Shown here piece after piece: positions 15,235-26,928 of a DNA stretch of 64,000 nucleotides. This DNA is from Eledone cirrhosa (taxonomy: Eukaryota). The position numbers and the translations under genes are program-made. The notes beneath the pieces were generated by a model that was given only the letters and a program-made list of their open reading frames with translations, was not told where the DNA came from and made no database searches. The first letter of the stretch is position 1; every line of letters begins with the position of its first letter. Location: NCBI GenBank assembly GCA_964016885.1, contig OZ024740.1:364126001-364190000 (forward strand). The letters run 5' to 3'.

Positions 15235-15580
15235 ATGGAGGCACATGGCTTAGTGGTTAGAGCATTGGCCTTGCAATCGAAAGGTTGTGAGTTCAATTCT
15301 CAGACCGGGTGATGTGTTGTTTCCTTGAGCAAGACACTTTATTTCACATTGCTCCAGTTTACTCAGCTGTAGAAATGAGATGATAGGGACTGGGGTCCCT
15401 ATCATTCCACTGCAAAGTGGTCGTGGAGGTGCCACGGCAAAAAAGCACCCAGCACTCACTGTAAATGAGGTTGGTGTTAGGAAGGGCATCCAGCTGTAGA
15501 AATCAAGCCAAAATCAGTTCCCGTCCCACCCTTGCAAGCAGGGAAAAGCGGACGTAAAATGAAATGAAAAATGAATGATG
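15235..15580 (+). mobile_element. tRNA-derived SINE family A with RTE-like tail; near-identical copies at ~19552-19883, ~47500-47848, ~52169-52498
   Basis: A-box tggcttagtgg, B-box gagttcaattc, body ccttgagcaagacactttatttcacattgctcc, and tail cccacccttgcaagcagggaaaagcggacgtaaaatga. Confidence 0.9.
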
Positions 15581-15609
15581 ATATAAAATCAAAATGAAAG
15601 AAAATAATA

Positions 15610-16295
15610 ATTCAACACTAAGCGTGTCAACTGGTCACACACAAGGGGTGCAAGAGCCTCCCGCTAATACTTTTTAAGGTAAGCCAACATGCTCACAGCA
15701 TTACTGAAGGTGATACTGAGGTTAAGGTACTGGAACAACCAAGCACCCTCATAGGCATCACCTGACACTTTGATAAGGCAAGCTGCCAACGATGACACAA
15801 ACTTCATTGTTGGTAACCCAGCTACACAAAACGTTTAGAATGTCATAAGCTGGAAAAAATAGTTTCCTGATAATTCCTGGTATTTTAGAATTTTATTCTG
15901 CTCAGTTACAGAAACAGTGACCCTCACTTTTACCATAGCATCCAAGACAAAGGAAAGAGCAAAAGAGTCACTGACTGTGGCATCCCAAATGAGACATCTA
16001 CCTTTTACCTAGGGACAAAGGGCACGACCCTCTGGTCTCTCCCCATCAATTCTGAACAATCCAGCCAGCACTAGAATTGAGGAGATATTTACCCAACCCA
16101 GGGCCCACTTAATAATTATGTTTAGCTCTGTATGGCAAGCAAAACAACCAGCATTCAGGTGACAAGACAAACTATGGAGATCTATGAAGTCAAGGGGCCT
16201 ACCACAGCAACATTTCAGTCCCCCAGAAACATCAGCACCCACTCTAAGTGCAATGGTGATACAGAGCTCATCCAGACTGAGTAGGCCCACCAATG
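15610..16295 (-). mobile_element. 3' fragment of a CRE-type (RLE) non-LTR retroelement
   Basis: LRVG...CCCG...LHSLSC...H..LN.II...DGERPEG, then LIWDAT; homologous to 36640-37270. Confidence 0.75.
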
Positions 16296-16559
16296 TTGGC
16301 CATGGATATGGCCTGTGTGTCTTCCTCTACGATTGCTGTTGAACAACAACAAAAACCAACGACTGTGTCTTCCCCTACCATTCCTGTTGAAAAGCATCAA
16401 CAACAAAAGCTGACCATGTCTCTCTCTCCCGTTACTGTTCAACAACAACAAAAATCGACCATCAATATGGAAGTTGCAAAAATTCGACAACTGATTTCTG
16501 CTTTTAGCTGAGAAATAACAGGAATTAAAAAACATTTGTGTAGAATCTCACAATGAGGG

Positions 16560-19550
16560 ATTTTATCAGAGTGCCTTGCTTAAAAATCTGCCTGTAACTC
16601 TTGCCGAATCTAGATACAATGAGAAAGCCACTGAATCTGCTACCCATGAAGTAATTGCCATTGGAATATCAGAAGACATAACTGATCTTCAGGCATTTGC
16701 TAGCAACTCGTCCAAGGACCTAGACTATGTTCCTCCAAAAAGTGCTCTCCACCTTGGTGAACCAGGTTCCAAACCCATACTAATTAGGCTGTCATTTGCA
16801 AGCTCTACTGAGGCATGTGCATACCATTTAGCCTTTTTGATTCTTACGTCAAAAGTATCGACCACAATTTCATCACAGTCACGGAAATATGAGCGCATTC
16901 TTTACTCTGTGATAGCGTTTTCAGCATAGCTGGCTACAACTTGTTTCGCAAAGACTGCATTAATCGTTGTAGTGGTGGTGTGATGGTCTACATCCGTTCA
17001 AACTTTTCAGCAATTCCTTGCAATGATTTGAACCAGTCACAACAAGAAGTATTTTTCTGTGATATACAAATGGCCATGTCAACACTTCTACTTGGAGTTC
17101 TTTACCACCCGACCAAATTACCATCAAGACACACAGCCTTTTGATATCCTCAGAGTTGCTGCTAGAAAAACAGCTACTTATGTTTTTATTGCAGGCGACT
17201 TCAGTTACCGAGATTGATTGGGAAACCTTTCGTTGGCCACTAAGTGCAAATGATTTCCGTGGGCTAGTGCTGGATTCGAACTGGCCCCAAGTAGTCACCT
17301 CCCCAACAAAAGGTAACAACACTTTGGATCTCCTCTTTACCACTATTTCTGAAAAAGTGTCACTACTGAGGAACCTTTAGGTGACTCTGATCATGCTATG
17401 ATCATTGTCAATCTGCCTCTTAACAAAAACTACAACCATTTCCAAACTGCTCGCTTTGACTGGAATAAAGCAGACTGAAATTCTTACTGCACTGAGCTAC
17501 AAAGCCCAAACTGGCTTGAATTTTACAACTTTAGAGATGTGAGTACTATACTTCAGAACATCCTGAATTCAATATGGACAGTATGTGCAGCATCAGAACC
17601 ACGTAACCACAAAAACATCCCAAAAGTGTAATTTGGGAGACTGCAGCAGTCCAACTTGTCAGGAAAAAAGGCTGAATGGGGGGAATACAGACTACATAGA
17701 TCAGAGGTTAATAGAAAAAAGTGCAATAGATCATCTAACCATCTCAAGCGGGTGGCAAAAAAGGTAGTGCTTGAATTTGAATAGTGTATAGCAATCAACC
17801 CTGACAGAAAAGTGTTCTGGAAATATGTACATTCAAAGCAGAAACCTTACTCTGCAGTTGGTCCTCTTCCCAATCCCCACACAGGCCAGATCTCTGACAA
17901 TCCCAAAGAATGCGCAGAACTTATTCCTGAATGCTATGCAGGCATTTTTACTGTTGAAAATCAAAATTTATCACCTCCAACACTTCTGACATCAAATTCT
18001 ATAGCAACTATGGAATTTACACCTGCAATGCTGCAATGCCACCTTAAAAATAAGCACAACTATGCCTCTCCTGGTCTTGATAGTGTTACGCACCTGCTTC
18101 TTAAACGTGGCGGGTACCAACTCTGCACCAACTTTCTCTCTTCTTTCAATTCTGCCTTAACAATGGTGATACCCAAGAACAGTGGAAAACTGCCAGTGTC
18201 ATTCCTCAGTTCCAAAAAAGGTGATCACACATCACCTGTCAACTATCATCCAGCCAGTCTTACTAGCTGCATTGCCAAATCGATGGAGTCCTGAGTCAGA
18301 AACATTCTGGAACTCTCACAGCTTTATCCGGCCCTCCCAATTTGGATTTATCCCTAACTCCAGCTGCTGTGATCAACTCATCGAGTTTCTTGAAAACATT
18401 ACCCGAATCACTGATGGCGGCTCATGGGTCGATGTTATTTATCTTGACTTTGCTAAAGCTTTTAATTCTGCCACACTTATGGCAAAATTCTCTGCAATGG
18501 GTGTGAGAGATGATGTTTATAACTGGTTGAAGTCTTTAATTCTCAGCTGAAAAGAGGTAGTCACGGTTCTAGGACAGCATTCTTTACCCTATGAGATGAC
18601 ATCTGGTGTACCACAGGGATCTGTTCTTGGTCTCCTTTTGTTTGTAGCATATGTTAACAACATAGATGCCAACTTAAAGAATGTCATAGTGCTGAAATAC
18701 ACAAATACTCAAGCTATACCTTGAGATAAAAAGGAGAGATCCTGTACACTATAGATCTTTTCTGCAATCAGACCTGGACACAATGCATTACAGACTGGCT
18801 ACTCAAGCTGGCTGTGGACAAGTGTACCACCATGCATTTTGAGAGGAAAAACCCAGTGTTCACATACTTCCTCCACAACACCAATCTCAAGAAGTCTTCT
18901 TGTGAATGTGACCTGGGCATTACTGTCAACAGCGATTTGAATTGGACAAAGTATATCTCTAAAACTGTCAAGAAGGCTAAGGGTGTGTTAGCATCACTCA
19001 GTAAGACTTTATCAGCTGTTCTCCAGCTATCTATTTACAGCTGTATATAACTATAGAGAATTTGCATCAGCAGTCTAGAACCCCTATCTTGCTCAGAATG
19101 TTAATCTGGAAATTGTTCAGAGAAGTGCAACCAAATGAATGCCCCCATTAAGCATCTACCATACTCTGAACACATTGCTTCTCTGGGCATGGATACATTA
19201 AAGCTGACTTGGTAGACACCCAGAAGATTATTAACCATCTCTCCAACAACAACCCTGGCGACCTTTTTGAATTCCATGTGTGGACATGCTTACAAAATCA
19301 GAAAACAGTACAGCTCCCATGACTTTCGGAAACATTTTTTCACATTCAGAGATGCTGAAACATGGAACAAACTACCTGCATCAGTTGCTAGCTATCGGGA
19401 CAATGCATCAATCAAAACTTCCATGCTTCCCAAAATTTGCCAAACTACACCTGATATTCCCCCTCTATACACACAAACAGGCATGTGTGTGTGTATCATG
19501 ACTCATACACTGTTCACTTTCCTGACATTTGTGCATTATTCTATGTACTA
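16560..19550 (+). mobile_element. Degenerate CR1/Jockey-group LINE (APE endonuclease + RT)
   Basis: GGVMVY, PTKGNNTLDLL, SDH, FWKYV, SQFGF, VDVIYLDFAKAF, SGVPQGSVLGLLLF and CDLGI..SDLNW motifs with many stops and frameshifts. 3' end shared with 52810-53400 (+) and 49780-49960 (-). Confidence 0.88.
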
Positions 19551-20293
19551 TATGGAGGCTCATGGCTTAGTGGTTAGAGCCTTGCAATCGAAAGGTTGTG
19601 AGTTCAATTCTCAGACCAGGTGATGTGTTGTTTCCTTGAGCAAGACACTTTATTTCACATTGCTCCAGTTTACTCAGCTGTAGAAATGAGATGATAGGGA
19701 CTGGGGTCTATATCATTCCACTGCAAAGTGGTCGTGGAGGTGCCACAGCAAAAAAGCACCCAGCACTCACTGTAAATGAGGTTGGTGTTAGGAAGGGCAT
19801 CCAGCTGTAGAAATCAAGCCAGAATCAGTTCCCGTCCCACCCTTGCAAGCAGGGAAAAGTGGACGTAAAATGATGATGATGATATACATGCACCTTTGAT
19901 GAATTGTAGAACACCTGAGCACTGTACACAAAAAAATTCATTATTATTACTTCTTCTCCCACTTCTCCCTGACCAGCCAAGCTCATGGATGTTATCCAAC
20001 CATCTTGCTCAGTCTACCAATGGATCTCTTGCTGGTTGGTTTTGCCCACTAAATAAGTCCAGCGATTCTTTCTTGTGACATTCTAACCACATGCCCATAG
20101 TATCAGAGCTATGATCCCTCAATTAGCAGAATTACTATTGTTATTATTAAGAAAAGCACTTAACAATATTTGTGTTAAATAAATGTCTTTAAATGCATTT
20201 CTCTCGTCTCCATACTGAATTAAAATCAATTTGCTTTGTTGTAAAACATGGAATTTATTTTATTTTTCAACCGCTTATAATTGTATTTGATTA

Positions 20294-21399
20294 CTAGCAG
20301 CAGGACCCGGCGTTGCATGGGGTAGGAAACGTGAAATAGCAACATGCATATGCAAAGATTGAGGAATGTAGCTGTGTACTTTTTGAATTCCCTGATTGTT
20401 CAGCAGGCCCGAATCGTGAAACATCTGCATGTATGTGCAAAATCTGAAGAAAATCAGCTGGATACTCTTTAAGCGTACTAAATCTTAGAGTATGATTTTT
20501 ATTCGATTTGGAGAAAATCGTTTAGGTACTTTTCGAGTTTAATAGATTCGTACCCAGTCATCCAGACAGACATCATCAGTTATGTCTATTGCACCTGCAT
20601 GCATATTGTACAGAGTAAAGCCTGCAATGCTTGAGTAACACATGTCATGCAACGGCACAGCATGTTGGGCCTTCCCCACAGGAGACCATAGCCTCTTCGT
20701 AAATCTACCCAATCTGATATAGACCGAACTGTTATATCAGAATCCGAACACTTCGGAGTTACTATTGGGGTCATCATCAACAATTTCAAATGGGGATCAC
20801 CACAGAATTAGCACAACCGCTGTTCGGCGTATTTGCGCATACTGCGGTGTAGGTGCAACAAAAGGGGTCTTTGTAGAAGTAGCACAGATGTGAGTTTTAC
20901 GGTGACAATAACACGGCAATGTACACGTGATGAATGCACGAAGCGTCAACAGGGTGCCGACAAAAATTTTAAGGTCCTCATTTCCTCAATCCCCCGAAAA
21001 TGGTCCTGCTTAAAAGTAAGTGTTGTGTCCTCTATTAAATAAACCAAATTTTTAACGAAATATTATACGCTACTTACGATGTTTAAGTAGCATTTATATT
21101 GAAAATGGCATGTAATGCCCAATGCTAATTCGTAGATTTCCTAGAAACCATTAATGGAATCGGAAATTGTTTTTGTACACAGCAATGGGACTAACTAATG
21201 TGTGCTGCAAGTTACGCCTCAAAAAAGCCTAAAAATGCCTTTAAAATGCAGTTTTTCGGCTAATGTGGGCCCTAGGACAGAAAAAGTTAAAATACCCATT
21301 GCACTTCAAGAAATATGTGTAAAGTTTGAAAAAAAATCGATCAGGTAATTCTCGAGTTTTAGGGATTTACAGACAAACATCCTGTTTTATATATGTAGA
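20294..21399 (-). mobile_element. Non-autonomous Helitron
   Basis: On the - strand it starts A|TCtacatatataaaacaggatg and ends ccccatgcaacgccggg (hairpin) ...CTAG|T; both ends resemble the Helitron at 41682-43600. Confidence 0.75.
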
Positions 21400-21604
21400 T
21401 AATATTGGCATCTTAGTTACGTTGTCTATACCAGCTTGGAATCGAGTGGGACAAATAACTGAAATTTAATGCACAACATACTAAGTACATTTTGGTGACT
21501 CAATTATATATTCTTCGCTTCAGTCCCTGGTAAATTCATAAGTAACTCAATGGAAACACTGTTAACAATGATGGGTACGTGGGAAAGACCTTGTATACAC
21601 ATCG

Positions 21605-22400
21605 TATTTACATATATATAACTGAGGATGTCTGTCTGTGTGTGTGTGAGTTTGAATCCCTAAAACTCGAGAAGCACCCAACCGACTGTTTTCAAACTTT
21701 ACACATGTAATACTTATGTTTCAGGGAGTGTTCTGAGCAAATAAAATTTCAAATTTTCAATGCGCTAGGGACTGCATTAGGCGATTTAACGATCTCTCTC
21801 TATAATTCTTAGTCTTTCTCTTTTTAGATAGATACATACATATAACGTCGCGCCCTTATAATATCTGTCTGCATTACATCACTTCCCACAATACCCTCTG
21901 CGTGCAGAACACGCCCTTATAATATCTATCTGTATGTCTGCATTACGTCACTTCCCTGAGGATGTCTGTGTGTGTGTGTGTCTGTGAGTTTGAATCCTTA
22001 AAACTCGAGAAGTACCCAACCGACTTTTTTCAAACTTTACATGTGTATTACTTATGTTTCAGGGAGTGTTATGCACATTAAACACTTTTTGATCCTCTAG
22101 GGCCCGCATTAGGTGAAAAACTGCGTTTTTTCAGGGTTTTTAGGGGGTTTTTTAAGGCGTTACGTCAGACCGATTTCCTTGAAATTGTAACTATGTATTA
22201 GTCAGTCTCTTCTTCATACTGTGAGCAAAGAAAATCCAACTTTTTTATGGCCTAGGGACTGCATTAGGTGAAAACCTGCATTTTTCCTGCTTTATCGAGG
22301 AAAATCTTAAAGATTATCCAACCATCAGAGTATTCGGTTTATTTTGTTTACATATTGTCCAGGCATGCAGTTTTTCCACGCTTAGATCTGTTGGCGGGCC
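21605..22400 (+). mobile_element. Two tandem Helitron-like 5' segments, head-to-head with the previous element
   Basis: ctgaggatgtctgt...ccctaaaactcgaga...ttcaaactttacac occurs at ~21622 and ~21956; inverted homology to 21130-21395. Confidence 0.55.
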
Positions 22401-22427
22401 GCGTTCCAAAATACCTTATACCAAAAA

Positions 22428-22650
22428 CTTTGGTACGCTTTCATCAGATAAAATACAAAGTTTGTTTTATAAATTTTGACATAACCAAGAAAAATACCTT
22501 AACGGTTCAAGTTTTTCTTGGATTTTTCTTGATTATGTAAACATTTATAAAACAAACTTTGTATTTTATCTGATGAAAGCGTACCAAAGTTTAATTAATA
22601 AATATGGTTTTATAAATATAGTTTCCATTTATTTAATATCATTGAATATA
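22428..22650. repeat. Fold-back element with truncated hammerhead cores; same family as 41445-43660
   Basis: ttggtacgctttcatcagataaaatacaaagttt ... aaactttgtattttatctgatgaaagcgtaccaa. The GAAA half is missing. Followed by a (TA)/(CA) microsatellite. Confidence 0.7.
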
Positions 22651-23516
22651 TATATTGTATATATATATATATACACACACACACATATATATAGATTATA
22701 TGTATATACACACACACATATATATAGATTATATGTATATACACACACATATATATACACACACACATATATATACACACACACACATATATATATATAC
22801 ACACACACACATATATATATACACACACACACATATATATATACACACACACACATATATATACACACATATATATATATACACACACACACATATATAT
22901 ATACACACACAATATATATACATATATAAATACATACATATATATATAAATATATATGTTTATAGAAGAAAGGGCCATATATTGTAAGAGAAACACGGTA
23001 TATTGTATATATACCAAATACCTCTCTACATCTTTTAATTTAGTTATATATATATATAAAATCAAATATATCGATAATAAAATAGCTTTCAAATCATTTT
23101 TAATCTCTTACACGTTTCAAGAGAGTCGTATAATCAAAATCTATTACATACAAAATGATATATAGATAATTGTATTTCTTCGGATGATTAAAAAAACCCA
23201 TTAAATTGAAGCAGAATATCTCCGAAATTCAATTCCCACCTTACACAGGACAGGGGACATCTCCCTAAACAATCTACCTTTTCTTCAGACCAATATAATA
23301 TATAAACACATTGAGCTAATTCTGAAACTACGTGGCAATTCTATACTATCATATATAATTCTCTACTGAGCTTTGTATATAAAATTTCAGTTGACCCTTG
23401 TGCGGTCGATTGTCGCACTTGGTCATTTTTGTTTGTTGGTTGTTGTTTTTTCCTTTCTCTCGCTTTGATCATATATTTTATATTTGCGTTATATTTGTGA
23501 GGTTCCTAGCAATAAT

Positions 23517-23553
<37 letters not shown>

Positions 23554-25631
23554 CTACACACACATTATTATACATGTAGGCCCTATGGTCAAGCTTAAAC
23601 CGTTTCAATGGTGAAATGGGAAATTAAAATCAAATTAATTAATTTCTCCCATTGACCATCTCGATAGGTCTACTATGTCTAATAATAATAATAATATCTA
23701 CATTCATACTTTCCTTAAAATGTGGAATACTAAAATGAATAATGGTCTTACTAGTCTCAAGTAGTAACATCCTAAATATATATATTATATATAAATACTC
23801 TAAGAAAAAAACTATTGCGTCGTTCAGAAGTGTTTTTGCTTCAAGCAATATGGCTATGTATACGATCATTCCAGCTTTTAAAATTAATAAAAGTAAACAA
23901 ATATACATACAGACATTCTCTCAATAAATATTACGTTTTAATTAAACGAAGAAACTGTTGAATACACGAGAGACTGAGCATAAACAAACGAGAAACATTG
24001 AAATGAAATGTGTATGTGTATAATATAAATATATACATACAAAAGAAAATGATAGAATAAAGATCTTTATCATTTTCTTTGGTTGATATGCTGTGTTTAC
24101 GGCTATCTTTCTGTATCTTTTACCTTAAGAATATGTCTCATATCTTCCACCTATAACTGCATAAACTACATAAACACATTGAGCTTTGTATAAGACTATT
24201 TGGCAATCATATACTCTCCTAAATACAAATAGAGTTATATTTTTACCCTTGCTGTGTATATATAATAATGTGTGCGTGTATAATTGGAAGGTGTTTATGC
24301 AAACACTGGAGAATATAATGTAGTAGCTAACAACATATTGTAATGACTGCGAAATATTACTTAGAATATAACGTTACAGGTAACTAACACCAGTTACTGA
24401 CTGCGAGGTAGTGCTTGAAATAATCTAAGAATTGACAGATACTACTATTTACTACCTGATGGATTTTATATGGAAATTGGGGTATTTTAAGATAAATTGA
24501 ATGATAGAGGAATATTATAGTAAATGATAGTAATAAACATTTAATAATAAAATACTTGATAAATGTTATATTGGTACGAAATTAAAATTATTGCAATAAT
24601 TTAAAACGAAAAAGATTTCGAGCCACAGCAAACAATATGCGAAACTGAAGAGATTGAGAATAGCTATTGTCTATACTCATAAAAATCGAAATTTTTAGAC
24701 TATCTTCATAGGTTAAATTTATCGGTCGAGTATTCATGGATACTACTTTCGATGGGCTGAAATTCACATGACAATTCAAAATACTGTATCGATGAGTAGA
24801 AACCCAAATGGACTCTACATGAATAGAATTAAAACAATAAATTACTCTAATAATGTCGATAATGCTATATATATATATTAAAAAAATACTACCAAAACAT
24901 AAATACGACCGCATAGCTCTTATATTGCCACTTGTATACACCAGAAAACAATAGAGAAAAATATTCACTTCCTCGTCGTAACATTTATGTTCAGAGACTA
25001 CTTTGTTTCACAAATATTGATCTGTTGTTCATGAAGAACTGGGGTTGACTTTTACATGGACTACATAGAAAAGGCCAAATTTCTGAGTAAAAAATAGGGG
25101 TTCGACTTTTAGTCGAGTATATACGGTAAATGAATATTGATCACCAGCATCTGTTACCTATTTTTCATGAAGCAACATAGGGACCTCTAGGTGGTTGCAA
25201 AAACTGCTAGAAGCAATAGCCAGATCTTCACATCGTACCCTGCTGTCTTAAAAGGACATATTAGATAATGTGGCCATGCTAGGGTACACTGCGCGAAGAA
25301 ATTAGCTTGTATGGTCACAGCTGGAACGCCATTTATCACATCATAGGCCTGCTCTAGTCTATCGAAGATGGCTTGGGGGTTAAACAACAGCAATCTATTT
25401 CAGACAAGATGTATTGAGAAAATGAATAGCTGTTCGTATGTATATATATATATATATGTATATGTGTGTGTATAAGAAAGCGATATAAACTACTCTCTAT
25501 GATCGATATGATCAACAACTTAGCTCTCGAAGATGGTGCTCCAGCATGTCCAGTTTTCTGACTGAAACCATTAAAAGAATATTTTAAGAAATGTAATTCG
25601 ATAGATTGTAGTCAATAGATAAACAACATAC

Positions 25632-25674
25632 CAAACGGTCTTCTCTCCCGGAACGGCTTTGTTGAATCGTTCAT
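25632..25674 (-). CDS. MAP1LC3: MAP1LC3 coding exon 1 (MNDSTKPFRERRPF + 1 nt)
   Basis: Reverse complement reads ATG...TTT G|GTATGT (canonical donor). The peptide aligns with the LC3 N-terminus (human LC3B MPSEKTFKQRRTF). Phase 1 joins exon 2 in frame. Confidence 0.9.
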
Positions 25675-25689
25675 TGTGTACAAAGGTGT

Positions 25690-26110
25690 TCATATGCGGA
25701 AAAACAAGCTATTTGTCTGCAAGGTTTAATGGGTACTAACCTCAATTAAGAGTGCACCTCAAGAGAACTCCGGAAATAAAAATGGATAACTACTATTATA
25801 TGTCCAAAATTTAGAATTTACTTTAGAAGTCGTCTCTTGACGAGTTTCGGAATTATTTTATAAAATTTTGAGAGCTTTTTAGCGTAAAGTTAATTGAGAA
25901 AAATTAAATAATTCCAGCTTTTTGTGGGGGAGGAAAGAAACGTTGATGGAACAGCCCAAAATTCGATGTACATGTGCGAGGTTAATAATAATAATAAATA
26001 AACAGAAAGCGGCGATTGGTTAAAATTGATATTTACTTAACTAATCAGAATGCGTAGAAGTCGTCAACTGCCCAAGGTTCTGTGACGTAAGACACAAGTG
26101 CGGAGAATTA
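25690..26110 (-). promoter_or_regulatory. Putative MAP1LC3 proximal promoter
   Basis: Immediately upstream of exon 1 and locally CpG-enriched. Contains CCGGAAAT (ETS-like, ~25770), CCAAT on the - strand (26015-26019) and TGACGTAA (CRE/ATF-like, 26083-26090). Confidence 0.4.
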
Positions 26111-26289
26111 CACGTTTGACTTATGTAATATTAACATTTTATCAAAACAAACAATTTCAATCATATAATCCACGTTTTATTTCTATATAAACACAATTTA
26201 TATAAAAAATGAAATGAGAGAAGACATGTACATACAGTTACAGATCACAAAAGGGGCATTAGAGGTTTCCTCTAATAATTTTGGGAGCA

Positions 26290-26612
26290 AACCAGCACGC
26301 GAGTGATAGCGAGGCTACGACTCTGAAATAACCAAGTACCCTCACCAGGAGCATCACCTGATACGTCGATAAGGCGAGCCACCAACAATGGAAATCATCT
26401 CTTTATCAGAGGCCGAGCTCTTCCAAATGTCTCGAATGTCACAGACTGAAAAATTGGTTTGCCGATCATTCTTGATATTTTAGAATTTTATTCCGTTCGG
26501 CTCACCTTCGCCACAACATCCAAGATGTGGGGAGAAGCAAAAGGGTCGCTAACGGCGGCGTCCCAAATGAGACATCTACCTCTTATCTAAAGGGTAACGG
26601 GTAAGACCATCT
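26290..26612 (-). mobile_element. Short CRE-type RLE 3' fragment
   Basis: Homologous to 15700-16030 (RCLIWDA region). Confidence 0.6.
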
Positions 26613-26928
26613 ACAGGGGCGGTGGTAGCATTTCCGAATGGGAGGCAAATTTGGTCAGATTAGTTTAGTTGTTATTATCAAATATCAACCAAGTTATTAA
26701 AAAAATACTTCGATATGCGATAAACATAACATGTACATAAATTGTAACGCATATACAAATAGATGTGTGTTTTGGTAGCTTATGAGTTTTCCCACGAACC
26801 CTGGACAATCCTGGGTTGCGAACGCCAAAATATATACGTGAGGAAATAAATATTACTTCGTAGTAGGTAGATGCAATGCAAACAAGACGATTTCCGCTCG
26901 TCTCTTTTAAAGTTCAATTAAATAACTG

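Noticed and set aside
15235-15310. tRNA gene (A and B boxes)
   Set aside because: Head of a multi-copy SINE; no intact cloverleaf.
22573-23092. YIYI/THTH/VCVC ORFs (also near 4200, 40700, 46400, 51000)
   Set aside because: Translations of (TA)n and (CA)n microsatellites.
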